From Desulfocapsa sulfexigens DSM 10523 (GTDB lineage: Bacteria > Desulfobacterota > Desulfobulbia > Desulfobulbales > Desulfocapsaceae), in assembly GCF_000341395.1 (NCBI RefSeq), contig NC_020304.1, positions 1,200,001 to 1,232,000 on the forward strand: a DNA stretch of 32,000 nt, read 5' to 3'. The position numbers and the translations under genes were made by a program. Position 1 is the stretch's first letter. Each line of letters opens with the position of its first letter. This document shows, piece after piece, positions 18,305 to 27,879 of the stretch. The notes under the pieces were generated by a model. It was not told the origin of the DNA and ran no database searches. It saw only the letters and a list, made by a program, of their open reading frames with translations.

Positions 18305-19003
18305 CTAAACTGAATGACGAGAGATCTCCCTAAGCATGGCTTCCACCACCCCGTCAATAGTCAAAACACCCGTGTCAATGGTGTGCGCGTCCTCCGCCTT
18401 GCACAGGGGAGCAATTGTTCGGTTCTGATCGTCGTGGTCACGTTTCACAATCATCGCTAGCAGTTTTTCCTCATCCACCTGTTTTCCCTGGAGACGAAGC
18501 TGGTCTGCCCGTCTCTGCATTCGTATTTCAGGCGCAGCATCAAGATAAAACTTCCAGGCAGCATTTGGAAAGACGACTGTTCCGATGTCCCGCCCCTCGG
18601 CAACGATCCTCCCCTTTTTACCTATTTCCTGCTGCATAACCGTAAGTTTTTGACGAACAGCTGGTATAGCAGAAACGGCGGAGGCAACCATGGCCATTTC
18701 AGGACTTCGAATTTCCTGACTTACATCATCTCCATCCAGCAACACCCCCACATCTTCACTCCCCTGATTGGCAGGCAACAGTTGCAAAGAAACATTCATC
18801 AGACTCTCACGAACAGCACCCTCATCTCCCAGATCGATGTTATCGTTTTTCAGCTTTAACCCAACAGCCCTATACATGGCGCCAGTATCAAGATAGGTAA
18901 AAGAGAGACTGGAGGCAATCCTGCGACTGATGGTGGACTTCCCCACCCCGGAGGGACCATCAATGGTGACAACTTCCTGTTTGTGACTAGGAAACATAAC
19001 CAA
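18305..19003 (-). CDS. cmk: Cytidylate kinase
   Basis: The P-loop is IDGPSGVGKSTISR, followed by YLDTGAMYRA and the typical Cmk length and layout. Confidence 0.9.
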   Translation of the reverse strand: MVMFPSHKQEVVTIDGPSGVGKSTISRRIASSLSFTYLDTGAMYRAVGLKLKNDNIDLGDEGAVRESLMNVSLQLLPANQGSEDVGVLLDGDDVSQEIRSPEMAMVASAVSAIPAVRQKLTVMQQEIGKKGRIVAEGRDIGTVVFPNAAWKFYLDAAPEIRMQRRADQLRLQGKQVDEEKLLAMIVKRDHDDQNRTIAPLCKAEDAHTIDTGVLTIDGVVEAMLREISRHSV

Positions 19004-20102
19004 GCTCTTGGAGGCAATTTTTTAAACTATGAAAAAAACGGTAATTCTCCTCGGTCGTACCCACGGTCACCCGAATCACATTGGTATACCCATAGGCCTT
19101 CATGGAACGAATGATTACACCCGTCCGGAGCATAGCTTCATAGAGAGCTGTAGCATCCCCCTTGACATCGATGAGAAAAAAATTTGTCTGGGAAGGATAG
19201 CTGGTGCAGCCAAGTGTCTCCACTTTTTTCTGCAGCCACTCCATTCCTGCCCTGGTTCCATCAAGTGTTTTCTGATAAAATTCCGTATCATTCAACGCAG
19301 CAATGGCTGCCACCTGAGCGAGTTGGTTTACGTTAAATGGCTGTCGTACCCGGTGCAGATATCCCGCAATCTCAGCACTCATAAGGCCGTAGCCCACACG
19401 AATGCCAGCAAGTCCATATGCTTTAGAAAACGTCCGCAGAGCGACCACACCACAACGTTCTTTTGAGTTATGGATAAGTGAATACATATCCACCTGCAAC
19501 TCAGGATCCATAAAATCTCTATAGGCCTCGTCAAGAACCACGATAACCGTTTCCGGTACTTTACTGAGAAAGGCGTACAACGCACCAGGATTTATTGCTG
19601 TTGCGGTGGGGTTGTTAGGGTTATCGAGAAATATGAGACGGGTTTTATCGGTGACAGCCTCAAGCATTGCGTCAAGATCGTGGTGCATTCCTTTCAAGGG
19701 AAAAACAATATTCACCCCTCCCCGAACCTGTACTACTTTCTGATACATGAGAAAGGATGGATGGCTGGTTATCACCTCATCTCCGGGTTCAACATAGGCC
19801 TTTACCAGGAATTCTATTATATCGTCTGAACCATTCCCAACAACCACCTCATTTGGCGCAAACCCAACCTTCTCGGCTATAGCCTGTACTAAATAATAAT
19901 TGGAACCATCGGGATAGCGGTGCAGATTTGTCAGAGCTTCACCGATAGCCTCAATAGCCTTCGGTGACGATCCCCAGGCATTTTCATTAGAGGCCAGTTT
20001 TATGGGATTCTTCACCCCGTACTCCCGCTCCAACTCCTCGATAGGCTTACCTGGGGGATAGGGAACAATAGATCTGATATTTTCCGGAACTCTTGCTTTC
20101 AC
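18987..20102 (-). CDS. hisC: Histidinol-phosphate aminotransferase
   Basis: A 371-aa class-II aminotransferase. LASNENAWG and the PLP-lysine motif TFSKAYGLAGIRVGY are present. Confidence 0.88.
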   Translation of the reverse strand: MKARVPENIRSIVPYPPGKPIEELEREYGVKNPIKLASNENAWGSSPKAIEAIGEALTNLHRYPDGSNYYLVQAIAEKVGFAPNEVVVGNGSDDIIEFLVKAYVEPGDEVITSHPSFLMYQKVVQVRGGVNIVFPLKGMHHDLDAMLEAVTDKTRLIFLDNPNNPTATAINPGALYAFLSKVPETVIVVLDEAYRDFMDPELQVDMYSLIHNSKERCGVVALRTFSKAYGLAGIRVGYGLMSAEIAGYLHRVRQPFNVNQLAQVAAIAALNDTEFYQKTLDGTRAGMEWLQKKVETLGCTSYPSQTNFFLIDVKGDATALYEAMLRTGVIIRSMKAYGYTNVIRVTVGTTEENYRFFHSLKNCLQELGYVS

Positions 20103-20118
20103 CGTAACAGCCTCCCAA

Positions 20119-21579
20119 TCAACCTATTTCTGGGCATTTATTGCCCAAATGCGTGGCACGTTCCACATTGTATGCTGCTCGAAACAAAGTATCCTCTCGG
20201 AAATGAGGTCCCTGCAGTTGAATACCAATGGGAAGACCATCACTACTGAAACCACCCGGAACCGATATCCCTGGAATACCCGCAAGGTTTGCAGATATTG
20301 TTAAGATATCGGAGAGATACATGGCAAGAGGGTCGTTGGCATGGGCTCCGCGTTTCCATGCTGGAGTAGGTGTTACCGGGGAAATAAGCAGATCGCAGGA
20401 TTTGTATGCCTTTTGAAAATCACTGAGGATAAGAGTTCGAACCTGGGATGCTTTTTTGTAATAAGCATCATAGTAGCCTGAAGAGAGTGCATACGTTCCA
20501 ATCAAAATACGACGCTTCACCTCATCTCCAAAACCACTGGAACGCGTTTCCCTGTACATATCAGAGAGTGAATCCGCATCCTGATCACGATACCCGTAAA
20601 CCACACCGTCATAACGAGCCAGATTGGAACTGGCCTCGGCAGAGGATATCAGATAATAGACCGCAACACAGTATTCGGTGTGGGGCAGTGAAACATCTAC
20701 TATCTCTGCACCACAACTTTTCAGCGCCTGAATACCACCTTCAACCACCTTTGCAACCTCAGGATCCAGCCCATCACCAAAATATTCCCTTGGAATACCG
20801 ACCCTTACGCCCTTCATCCCCTCGGTAAGAGAGGCTGTGAAATCCGGAAGATCCTGTTTGACAGAGGTTGAATCCCGCCTATCGTAGCCCGCGATTGCGT
20901 TCATTACCATCGCTGAGTCCCTTACATCACGGGTCAAAGGACCGATCTGATCAAGGGATGAAGCAAAGGCCACCAGGCCATAACGGGAAACACGACCATA
21001 GGTTGGCTTCATCCCAACAACACCGCACAGGGAAGCAGGCTGCCTGATGGAACCACCTGTATCGGAACCAAGCGACCCAAGACACTCCATGGCAGCAACA
21101 GAAGAGGCTGACCCCCCAGAGGATCCCCCGGCAACATAGCCGTTTTTCCAGGGGTTTTCTGGAACAGTAAAGGCACAATTCTCAGAAGTTGATCCCATGG
21201 CAAACTCATCCATGGCCACTTTTCCCACAATAACAGCGCCCTGATTTTTCAGTTTTTCTACCACAGTGGCATCGTAGGGAGGGATAAAGTTCTCAAGTAT
21301 TTTTGAGCCACAGGTTGTGGTCATCCCTTGAGTACAAAGAAGATCCTTCAAAGAAAAAGGAATACCACAGAGAGGAGCAGATTTTCCTGTGGCCAGTTCT
21401 TTATCAGCAGCATCAGCCTGTTTCAAAGCCTCCTCTTCTGTCACTCGAATAAAAGAATGGATACTGCCATCAACATCTTTTATTCTTTCCAGACAACTGG
21501 TAGTCAGTTCCCTAGATGACAGTTTACCGTCATCAAGCGCCGTTCGTGCCTGACCAATGGTTAACTCATACGGATTCAT
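20119..21579 (-). CDS. gatA: Glu-tRNA(Gln)/Asp-tRNA(Asn) amidotransferase subunit A
   Basis: The amidase signature GGSSGGSASSVAA is present, with 486 aa and gatC immediately upstream. Confidence 0.93.
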   Translation of the reverse strand: MNPYELTIGQARTALDDGKLSSRELTTSCLERIKDVDGSIHSFIRVTEEEALKQADAADKELATGKSAPLCGIPFSLKDLLCTQGMTTTCGSKILENFIPPYDATVVEKLKNQGAVIVGKVAMDEFAMGSTSENCAFTVPENPWKNGYVAGGSSGGSASSVAAMECLGSLGSDTGGSIRQPASLCGVVGMKPTYGRVSRYGLVAFASSLDQIGPLTRDVRDSAMVMNAIAGYDRRDSTSVKQDLPDFTASLTEGMKGVRVGIPREYFGDGLDPEVAKVVEGGIQALKSCGAEIVDVSLPHTEYCVAVYYLISSAEASSNLARYDGVVYGYRDQDADSLSDMYRETRSSGFGDEVKRRILIGTYALSSGYYDAYYKKASQVRTLILSDFQKAYKSCDLLISPVTPTPAWKRGAHANDPLAMYLSDILTISANLAGIPGISVPGGFSSDGLPIGIQLQGPHFREDTLFRAAYNVERATHLGNKCPEIG

Positions 21580-21656
21580 TACTCAAACACCTCAAAAGAA
21601 AAAAGAACCATAAATGGTTCAAAAAAAAAAGACAGGTTTCCTACTGTTCACCAGTG

Positions 21657-21941
21657 TCAGATAATTTTTGGTACAATAAAGGCGTCCTCATTTACATGGG
21701 GGCCATTGGAGAGCGCCTCATCCACTGAGAGGGATTTCTGTACTTCATCCTCCCGAAAGGCATTGGAAATGGAAAAAGCATGAGTAGTGGGGGGCACACC
21801 TGCAGTATCCAGTTCATCAAGCTTGGCAACATATAACAGAATTGTATCGAGCTGTCCGGTCATTCTGGCCAGTTCTTCTTCACTCATGTTTAACTTGGCC
21901 AATTTCGCAACATGTTCTACTTCTTCGCGTGTGATTTTCAT
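21657..21941 (-). CDS. gatC: Glu-tRNA(Gln)/Asp-tRNA(Asn) amidotransferase subunit C
   Basis: 94 aa beginning MKITREEVEHVAKLAKLNMSEEE, the typical GatC N-terminus. It is adjacent to gatA. Confidence 0.9.
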   Translation of the reverse strand: MKITREEVEHVAKLAKLNMSEEELARMTGQLDTILLYVAKLDELDTAGVPPTTHAFSISNAFREDEVQKSLSVDEALSNGPHVNEDAFIVPKII

Positions 21942-22062
21942 TCAGTTATATCTTTTTTATCTGTTTCAATTCTTAGCACCCTGTATATTTTTAAAAGGGT
22001 CATTTAAAGTGAGTGCCGGCTAGCGACTATTTCACCACCACTGTTAGCCTTCACAGGAAAAA

Positions 22063-23187
22063 CTAATTTTCCTGCTCAATATTAAATTTCTCCAGATACT
22101 CCCTGGAAAATGCATCACCAGTTGAGGTGAAATCAACAATGGCCTCACTGAAAGCCAGGACACACTCTTTATCAAACTGCGATTCAACACAGCTATTCAG
22201 CTCTTCAACAGCCTCCATCATAGTCATATTGCGTCGATAATTCCTTCTGGAGGTCATAGCATCGTAACTGTCCACTACAATCAATATCTTTGTTAACACA
22301 TCAAGATCATCACCTTTAAGCCCATCGGGGTATCCCTTGCCATCCATACGCTCGTGGTGATGACGAATTATAAAATGTTCTCTGTCCATAAATCCCAGAG
22401 GTTTTATAATATTTGCCCCGACGACTGGATGTTTACGTATTAGGGCCCATTCTTCGTCGTTGAGTTTTCCGGGTTTCTGAATACAGGAAAGATCAATAAC
22501 CAGTTTTCCAATATCATGAAACTGTGCTGCACGACGTAAAATAACTAGATCATTTTCCGACACATTCATCGCAACACCCAGGAGAACTGCATACTCAGTT
22601 ACCCGCATGGTGTGTCCTGCTGTATAAAAATCCTTCTCCTCCATGGCGTTTTGGAGACTGGACATCAGTTGAACTGTAGCATTTTCAAGACTATGGCTGT
22701 ATTGCAGTAAAAGCTTGTTCGTTTTCTCCAGTTCAATAGCCTTTGCCCGAACATCATCCTCAAGCTCCTGCTTGTAATGAACCTCGCGGCGAATAAACAT
22801 TCGCTTCTCGATGGCCCGACGAATCTTGACGTTGAAAATATCAAGATCCTCAATGGGTTTTGTAAGAAAATCATAGGCGCCAAGGTTGATCGCCTTGACT
22901 GCATAATCCATGGAGCCAGCCCCGGTGAGGAAAATTACCGGAATATCATAGTCCAGAAGATTTAAAGCTTCGATGGTTTCAAAACCATCCATACCCGGCA
23001 TATTGATATCGAGCAAAATAACATCAAATGAATCATCTACAATTTCAGCAACATACTTCCCATCGTTTACAGAAACAACCTCGTGACCAAACATTTCGAG
23101 AATTTTCGACACAGTGGTACGCACCATCTTGTCATCATCGGCAACCAGAATTTTCGTCCGCACTGTTTCCAATTCCCCTACCCTCAA
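22063..23187 (-). CDS. Response regulator with HD-GYP output domain (RpfG-type c-di-GMP phosphodiesterase)
   Basis: REC motifs are ILLDINMPGMDG and FLTKPI. The intact HD-GYP motifs are FHDIGK and HHERMDGKGYPDGL. Confidence 0.9.
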   Translation of the reverse strand: MRVGELETVRTKILVADDDKMVRTTVSKILEMFGHEVVSVNDGKYVAEIVDDSFDVILLDINMPGMDGFETIEALNLLDYDIPVIFLTGAGSMDYAVKAINLGAYDFLTKPIEDLDIFNVKIRRAIEKRMFIRREVHYKQELEDDVRAKAIELEKTNKLLLQYSHSLENATVQLMSSLQNAMEEKDFYTAGHTMRVTEYAVLLGVAMNVSENDLVILRRAAQFHDIGKLVIDLSCIQKPGKLNDEEWALIRKHPVVGANIIKPLGFMDREHFIIRHHHERMDGKGYPDGLKGDDLDVLTKILIVVDSYDAMTSRRNYRRNMTMMEAVEELNSCVESQFDKECVLAFSEAIVDFTSTGDAFSREYLEKFNIEQEN

Positions 23188-23265
23188 TAAGATTGAGAAA
23201 ACACTCTAATATTACAAATATTCAGTTACAGCTGTCAGGTTTCAAAATTACATGAAAAAAGAATT

Positions 23266-24342
23266 TTACAATTTCCAAAACCTTTTTGCAACATCCCTTG
23301 CCTGAACAATAGCTGGATGAACAGATTTTTTTCCACTTAATAGTTTGCTGGCAGGTTCCTTGAGATTTGTTGGATAACCGGTATCCAGTGGCTCACCCAG
23401 AAGTTCAGACAACACAGCCATGGCCCCGTCACGCTGCCCGTTCAAGTCATAACCACCTTCCAGGGTCACCAGCAACCGCCCCTCGCACACCGTCTCCGCC
23501 AACTGTACCATTGCCCGTGTAAGATAAGCAAACCCTGGGGCCGTAACTTCCATGGCACCTAGAGGGTCGCCTTTATATATATCAAAGCCACAGGATATCA
23601 GGATCAGTTCCGGATTATACTCTTTGCCAATCGGTACGATAATATCATCAAAAATAGTGGCGTAATCAATGTCCCCCTGATACCCGGGAAGAGGAATATT
23701 TATCGTGTAACCATCCCCTTTTCCTTTTCCTGTTTCGGTGACGGCACCAGTACCCGGATAGTAGGGGTACTGATGGGTCGAAACATAGAGCACCATATCT
23801 GAATCATAAAAAGAATTCTGAGTACCGTTACCGTGGTGAAGATCCCAATCCACGATCATTACCCGCTTCATTTTATGATGGGATATTGCATATTTTGCAG
23901 CCACAGCCACATTGTTAAACAGGCAAAACCCCATGGATCTATCCCTTTCAGCATGATGTCCAGGAGGGCGAACAAGGGCAAAACCATTATCAACAGCGCC
24001 CTCTACAAGGAGGTCAACCCCTTTAACCAGTGCGCCTGCAGCAAGAATTGCCGCTGCATAGGAATCAGGTGAAGTTTTTGTGTCAGGGTCAAGTGCATCA
24101 AAAATCTTTCCAGCAGTTTCAGCCACCCTATCAATAAGATCCTTTCCATGATTTAACCCTATAATATCGTGGGATGCGGGTTCAAAATCCGGATAAACAA
24201 AACAATCTTTCACCTCTTCTTTGTCGAGCACCTCATTGATAACCTTCAGCCGCTGAGGGGATTCCGGATGGTCAAAACCGGGATCATGATCCAAAAAAAG
24301 AGAGTCTCTCAATACTGCTGTTTTACGCATACCCTTCTCCAA
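23266..24342 (-). CDS. Histone-deacetylase-family Zn-dependent deacetylase (acetoin utilisation / acetylpolyamine amidohydrolase-like)
   Basis: Motifs are RPPGHHA, DWDLHHGNGTQ and EGGY. Confidence 0.88.
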   Translation of the reverse strand: MEKGMRKTAVLRDSLFLDHDPGFDHPESPQRLKVINEVLDKEEVKDCFVYPDFEPASHDIIGLNHGKDLIDRVAETAGKIFDALDPDTKTSPDSYAAAILAAGALVKGVDLLVEGAVDNGFALVRPPGHHAERDRSMGFCLFNNVAVAAKYAISHHKMKRVMIVDWDLHHGNGTQNSFYDSDMVLYVSTHQYPYYPGTGAVTETGKGKGDGYTINIPLPGYQGDIDYATIFDDIIVPIGKEYNPELILISCGFDIYKGDPLGAMEVTAPGFAYLTRAMVQLAETVCEGRLLVTLEGGYDLNGQRDGAMAVLSELLGEPLDTGYPTNLKEPASKLLSGKKSVHPAIVQARDVAKRFWKL

Positions 24343-24347
24343 CAGTC

Positions 24348-24929
24348 CTATCGGCTTCCTCTAATTGTCCGTTTTTCAGTTATTATATAATCAAGCAACT
24401 CATCATGGTCCTGAAGAGGGGCCTTTTTTACCATCTGCAACTCATAAGAAAGTCCAACCCGTAATGCCTGTGGTGCTTTCTGGGAGACAAATCGATCATA
24501 GTATCCGCCGCCGTAGCCCATTCTCCCACCTCTTTCATCAAAAACGGACCCGGGAAGAAAAATAATATCAATTGTGCCGGGAGAAATCATCTGTTTTTCT
24601 CGAATAGTAACAATCGGCTCTGGAATAGAACAGTACCCTGGAGCAAGGTCAGTGTCTGGATCCTTTATGGAAACAGCTAACAAATCTCTCTCTCTCACAA
24701 GAGTCACAGGAACAAGGACTTTTTTTCCACATTGTAACATGTGCGTAATAAGAGGACGAGTGGAAACCTCTGAACGAAAATCAACGTAAACAAAGACAGT
24801 TGCAGCACCTTTATAAAAGGGCATACCAATAATCCTATTTATGATCATCATGCTACGCCTCCTCTGTTCTTCACGGGAAAGCATATCACGTTGCAATAGA
24901 GTATCTTTTCGTAAAATTTTCAAATCCAT
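24348..24929 (-). CDS. 5-formyltetrahydrofolate cyclo-ligase
   Basis: 193 aa with GYGGGYYDRF and the typical MTHFS-family layout. It lies 5 nt downstream of the deacetylase gene. Confidence 0.85.
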   Translation of the reverse strand: MDLKILRKDTLLQRDMLSREEQRRRSMMIINRIIGMPFYKGAATVFVYVDFRSEVSTRPLITHMLQCGKKVLVPVTLVRERDLLAVSIKDPDTDLAPGYCSIPEPIVTIREKQMISPGTIDIIFLPGSVFDERGGRMGYGGGYYDRFVSQKAPQALRVGLSYELQMVKKAPLQDHDELLDYIITEKRTIRGSR

Positions 24930-24985
24930 GATGTAACCTATAAGACAAAAAGAATAATGTCGATTCGGAAAAAATTATGTTCATA

Positions 24986-25027
24986 AAAAAAAAATCGCAG
25001 TTTCTACTGAGGAGAAACTGCGATTTT
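24986..25027 (-). terminator. Rho-independent terminator after the yeeE/yedE-like gene
   Basis: The 11-bp stem is TCGCAGTTTCT / AGAAACTGCGA (24995-25005 / 25013-25023). An A9 run on the + strand gives a U-run on the minus-strand transcript. Confidence 0.75.
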
Positions 25028-25075
25028 CACCCCCTACACACTGTGTAGAGAAACGAATAACTACAAGACCCAGTA

Positions 25076-26365
25076 TCACATAGGCACAATCAGCTTATTC
25101 GTGTCTTCGTTCCAGGTCACAACCAGATACCAGACCATCATTATAAAAGCGATCATGGCAATTGTTCCGCCATATCCCATAACATCCGGAAGGTAAACAT
25201 AGGATCCAAGAGCACCTGATTTTTCCAGGTTTATTTCGTCTGCTCCAAAATTCTGGAACCATTTAGTCATAAGTGAATTAGATACGGCAAAGAATGGTAC
25301 AACCATTATCAATTTGACCTGACCTTCACCAACACGCCACAGGGTACCTGAACCACAACCACCTGCGAGCATGGCGCCAAGACCAAAAATAAAACCACCA
25401 ACAATTGATCCCCAACCAAAAGTTCCACGCACATAGTTTATAGGAGCCAAAACAGACTCCCCACCATGAGCAACAGGCACAGCATACTTTAATACGGCAC
25501 CACCGATTGCAAGAAGTAGAATAGACAATGCAACGGACTTCGCCAGGGTACAATCACCTGTCATATGAGGCTCACGAAAGCCCTGAACCATACACCAGCG
25601 TCCACGCTGCATAGTGTACCCAAGTCCTGCCGCAATCAGGATTATACCAGAAAGAGATGCAATATATTCCTCACTCTTATCACCTGCCCAACTAAAAGCC
25701 CCTTCCTCAAATCCAGCATACGCATACGCTGCCCATACGAGCGCTGCAAGGGCACCTATTGCAAGTATTGACTGAAGAGCATTTGGAACATTAATAGTTC
25801 CAGATCCACCGTCACCCCAGGAGATGTACTCCATCTCCATATAGAGAAGTTTCAATCCTAATAATACGCCAGCTACCAGGCCTATCCACATGGTAAAACC
25901 ATTTGCTGCAAGGTTTCCAATGGCATTGTACATACCACCCACATTACAACCACCGGCAAGAGTTGCACCTACACCCATGAGAATACCGGCAATAACCGCC
26001 TTTACCATTTCACGATAGGGTGGAATGCGAAGCGCAAAATCCCTTCCAAGACAGGCTGAAATAAAAGCCCCTCCAATAAAACCAATACCAATGACGGATC
26101 CAGTATTCCCCATAAGTGCAGCTGGTGCCTCATCGTACAAACCCAGCAGTCCACTTTCAGCACCTATAATGGTATTTAATCCATAAATGATCCAGTCTCC
26201 CCAGTTACGAATCGCTCCAACAGCACCCCATGGGCGCCACCATGCCATTATCAAAATTGAAAGAAACGCAACAATAACCCCAGCTATGGTGGCATTCCAT
26301 TCTGATTTACAACAGGTTTTGTAAAGATCCTTCACCTTACTCCCAATTACACTTTCCTCACTCAT
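25076..26365 (-). CDS. YeeE/YedE-family inner-membrane sulfur-compound (thiosulfate-type) transporter
   Basis: A 429-aa polytopic membrane protein. The two family-typical Cys motifs are LAGGCNVGG and LAGGCGSGT. A strong SD (GGGGAGGAG) is present, and the gene is divergent from tusA. Confidence 0.85.
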   Translation of the reverse strand: MSEESVIGSKVKDLYKTCCKSEWNATIAGVIVAFLSILIMAWWRPWGAVGAIRNWGDWIIYGLNTIIGAESGLLGLYDEAPAALMGNTGSVIGIGFIGGAFISACLGRDFALRIPPYREMVKAVIAGILMGVGATLAGGCNVGGMYNAIGNLAANGFTMWIGLVAGVLLGLKLLYMEMEYISWGDGGSGTINVPNALQSILAIGALAALVWAAYAYAGFEEGAFSWAGDKSEEYIASLSGIILIAAGLGYTMQRGRWCMVQGFREPHMTGDCTLAKSVALSILLLAIGGAVLKYAVPVAHGGESVLAPINYVRGTFGWGSIVGGFIFGLGAMLAGGCGSGTLWRVGEGQVKLIMVVPFFAVSNSLMTKWFQNFGADEINLEKSGALGSYVYLPDVMGYGGTIAMIAFIMMVWYLVVTWNEDTNKLIVPM

Positions 26366-26565
26366 ACAGCTCCTCCCCTTATAGAATCTTAGTTTTAGTA
26401 AAAGCTTGTTATCTAAATTAGAGTTTTCTTACTCTTGCCCAACACTTTTGTCAAGTATCTATGGACAAACAAGGTCTCCTAATGCCTTTTGAACTCATGC
26501 ATTTATCACATTAAAACAATGTATTAACTGCTTAAGGAGGGCTTGAATAGTCATTCATTTTGCCC

Positions 26566-26594
26566 TTGACATAATCTCATAGCTAAAGTATACG
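26566..26594 (+). promoter_or_regulatory. Sigma-70-like promoter for the tusA-dsrE-like operon
   Basis: TTGACA (26566-26571), a 17-nt spacer, then TATACG (26589-26594). An 8-bp-arm inverted repeat TCAGTGTT-N8-AACACTGA follows at 26611-26634. Confidence 0.4.
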
Positions 26595-26708
26595 TCTGAC
26601 TATTATCTATTCAGTGTTGACCATATAACACTGAGCAAAATTATTTAAGACTAAGAAAACAATTACGTTTATCAGTCTATCGAAACAATATTTCCAGGAG
26701 GAAAACCC

Positions 26709-26966
26709 ATGAGTGACCTTAAAGTTGCCGCAGACGGAATTGCAGTAGCAGCCACACTTGATGCAAAGGGATTGAGTTGTCCCATGCCTCTTCTTCGTAC
26801 AAAAAAAGAAATAGGAAAAATCGCCTCCGGTGAAGTTCTCCAGATAGATGGTACCGACCCAGGTTCCAGAAATGATCTTCCAGGCTGGTGTAGTCGTGCT
26901 GGACATGAGTACCTCGGCGAAAAAGAGCAGTCAGGTTATATTAGCTTTTTTGTAAAAAAAGGTTGA
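26709..26966 (+). CDS. tusA: TusA/SirA-family sulfur-carrier protein
   Basis: 85 aa with the LDAKGLSCPMPLLRTKKEI CPxP active-site motif. SD is AGGAGG. Confidence 0.9.
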   Translation: MSDLKVAADGIAVAATLDAKGLSCPMPLLRTKKEIGKIASGEVLQIDGTDPGSRNDLPGWCSRAGHEYLGEKEQSGYISFFVKKG

Positions 26967-27026
26967 TTGTAACTCGTAACTGTTTCTTGTGTTTACTAAA
27001 AAATAAGCAATTTCCTGGAGGATACT

Positions 27027-27344
27027 ATGTCCAAAAGTCTCGGAATATTCGTGACCAACCCTGACCAGTTCAAACATGTAATGGGTATAACAAAAGCTGC
27101 TAAAGCTAAGGGTTCCAATGTAAAGGTATTTTTTACCTGGGATGCTACTCATAACGCAAAAAAAGAAGCTGGTTTTCCTGAGCTTTGTAAAATAGCTGAT
27201 GATGTTTCTATCTGTGTGGATAGTTACAAAAACATGGGATATGATATTGATGATATTCCTGAGGGTCTTGAAGCCAAAAAAATGGCCACTCAGGCTCAGC
27301 ATGGAATAATCATTGAAGATTACGATTGTTACTTAAGTTTATAG
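27027..27344 (+). CDS. DsrE/DsrF-superfamily small protein (DsrE-like)
   Basis: 105 aa. The N-terminal LGIFVTN...AKAKGSNVKVFF and the Cys in SICVDSY resemble the DsrE fold and active-site arrangement. SD is GGAGGA. Confidence 0.65.
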   Translation: MSKSLGIFVTNPDQFKHVMGITKAAKAKGSNVKVFFTWDATHNAKKEAGFPELCKIADDVSICVDSYKNMGYDIDDIPEGLEAKKMATQAQHGIIIEDYDCYLSL

Positions 27345-27353
27345 GAGTTTCCC

Positions 27354-27665
27354 ATGGAATATAATAAAGTATGTCTGATGTACCGCAACCAGGATTGTAC
27401 CGTTGATGGTATCCGTTCAGCTCTTGGGCTTGCTGTTGAAAACATGTACGCATATGGTTGCGTAATGGATGAGCCTAAAATGGAAAAATTCAATGAGCTC
27501 CAGGCTGAGTCTCTTGAAATGCTCCGTGATATGGAAGGTGATGTTTTTGCAACAACAACCGCAAACTGCGAACTCAATGATCTTGAGCCTATCACTATTG
27601 AAGAATTAGGTGAAAAACTTCGCGACATGACCCATATAATCCCTTACGGCATTATAAAAGCTTAG
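27354..27665 (+). CDS. Conserved-hypothetical small protein (103 aa), weakly DsrE/F-like, part of the tusA operon
   Basis: SD TAGGAG is present and spacing from the upstream gene is tight (9 nt). KVCLMYRN...DGIRSALGLAVEN.YAYGCVMD is reminiscent of the DsrE/F N-terminal beta-alpha-beta unit. Confidence 0.6.
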   Translation: MEYNKVCLMYRNQDCTVDGIRSALGLAVENMYAYGCVMDEPKMEKFNELQAESLEMLRDMEGDVFATTTANCELNDLEPITIEELGEKLRDMTHIIPYGIIKA

Positions 27666-27677
27666 GAGCAACTGATT

Positions 27678-27851
27678 ATGAAAATTCTTAATATTTATCG
27701 TTCAGAACCTGATGATACAACAAAAAAGCTGGTGGAGATTGTAACTAGAGATCGTGATGCAGATTCTTTCGATCTTAATGTTGATGCACCTGATTATTCA
27801 GCTCTGGTTGATAAGATATTCGATGCAGACCAGACTATTTGCTGGTGGTAA
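27678..27851 (+). CDS. Unlisted 57-aa ORF ending in CWW, last gene of the tusA operon
   Basis: Below the ORF-track size threshold. SD AGGAG sits 8 nt before ATG 27678. The product is MKILNIYRSEPDDTTKKLVEIVTRDRDADSFDLNVDAPDYSALVDKIFDADQTICWW, with TAA at 27849-27851. A strong terminator follows directly. Confidence 0.6.
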   Translation: MKILNIYRSEPDDTTKKLVEIVTRDRDADSFDLNVDAPDYSALVDKIFDADQTICWW

Positions 27852-27879
27852 GATATATTCAACTTCGTTTTAAAAAAAG

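Noticed and set aside
26607-27302. Minus-strand ORFs 26607..26906 and 26931..27302
   Set aside because: They lie antisense to tusA and the dsrE-like gene, both of which have strong SDs and family motifs.
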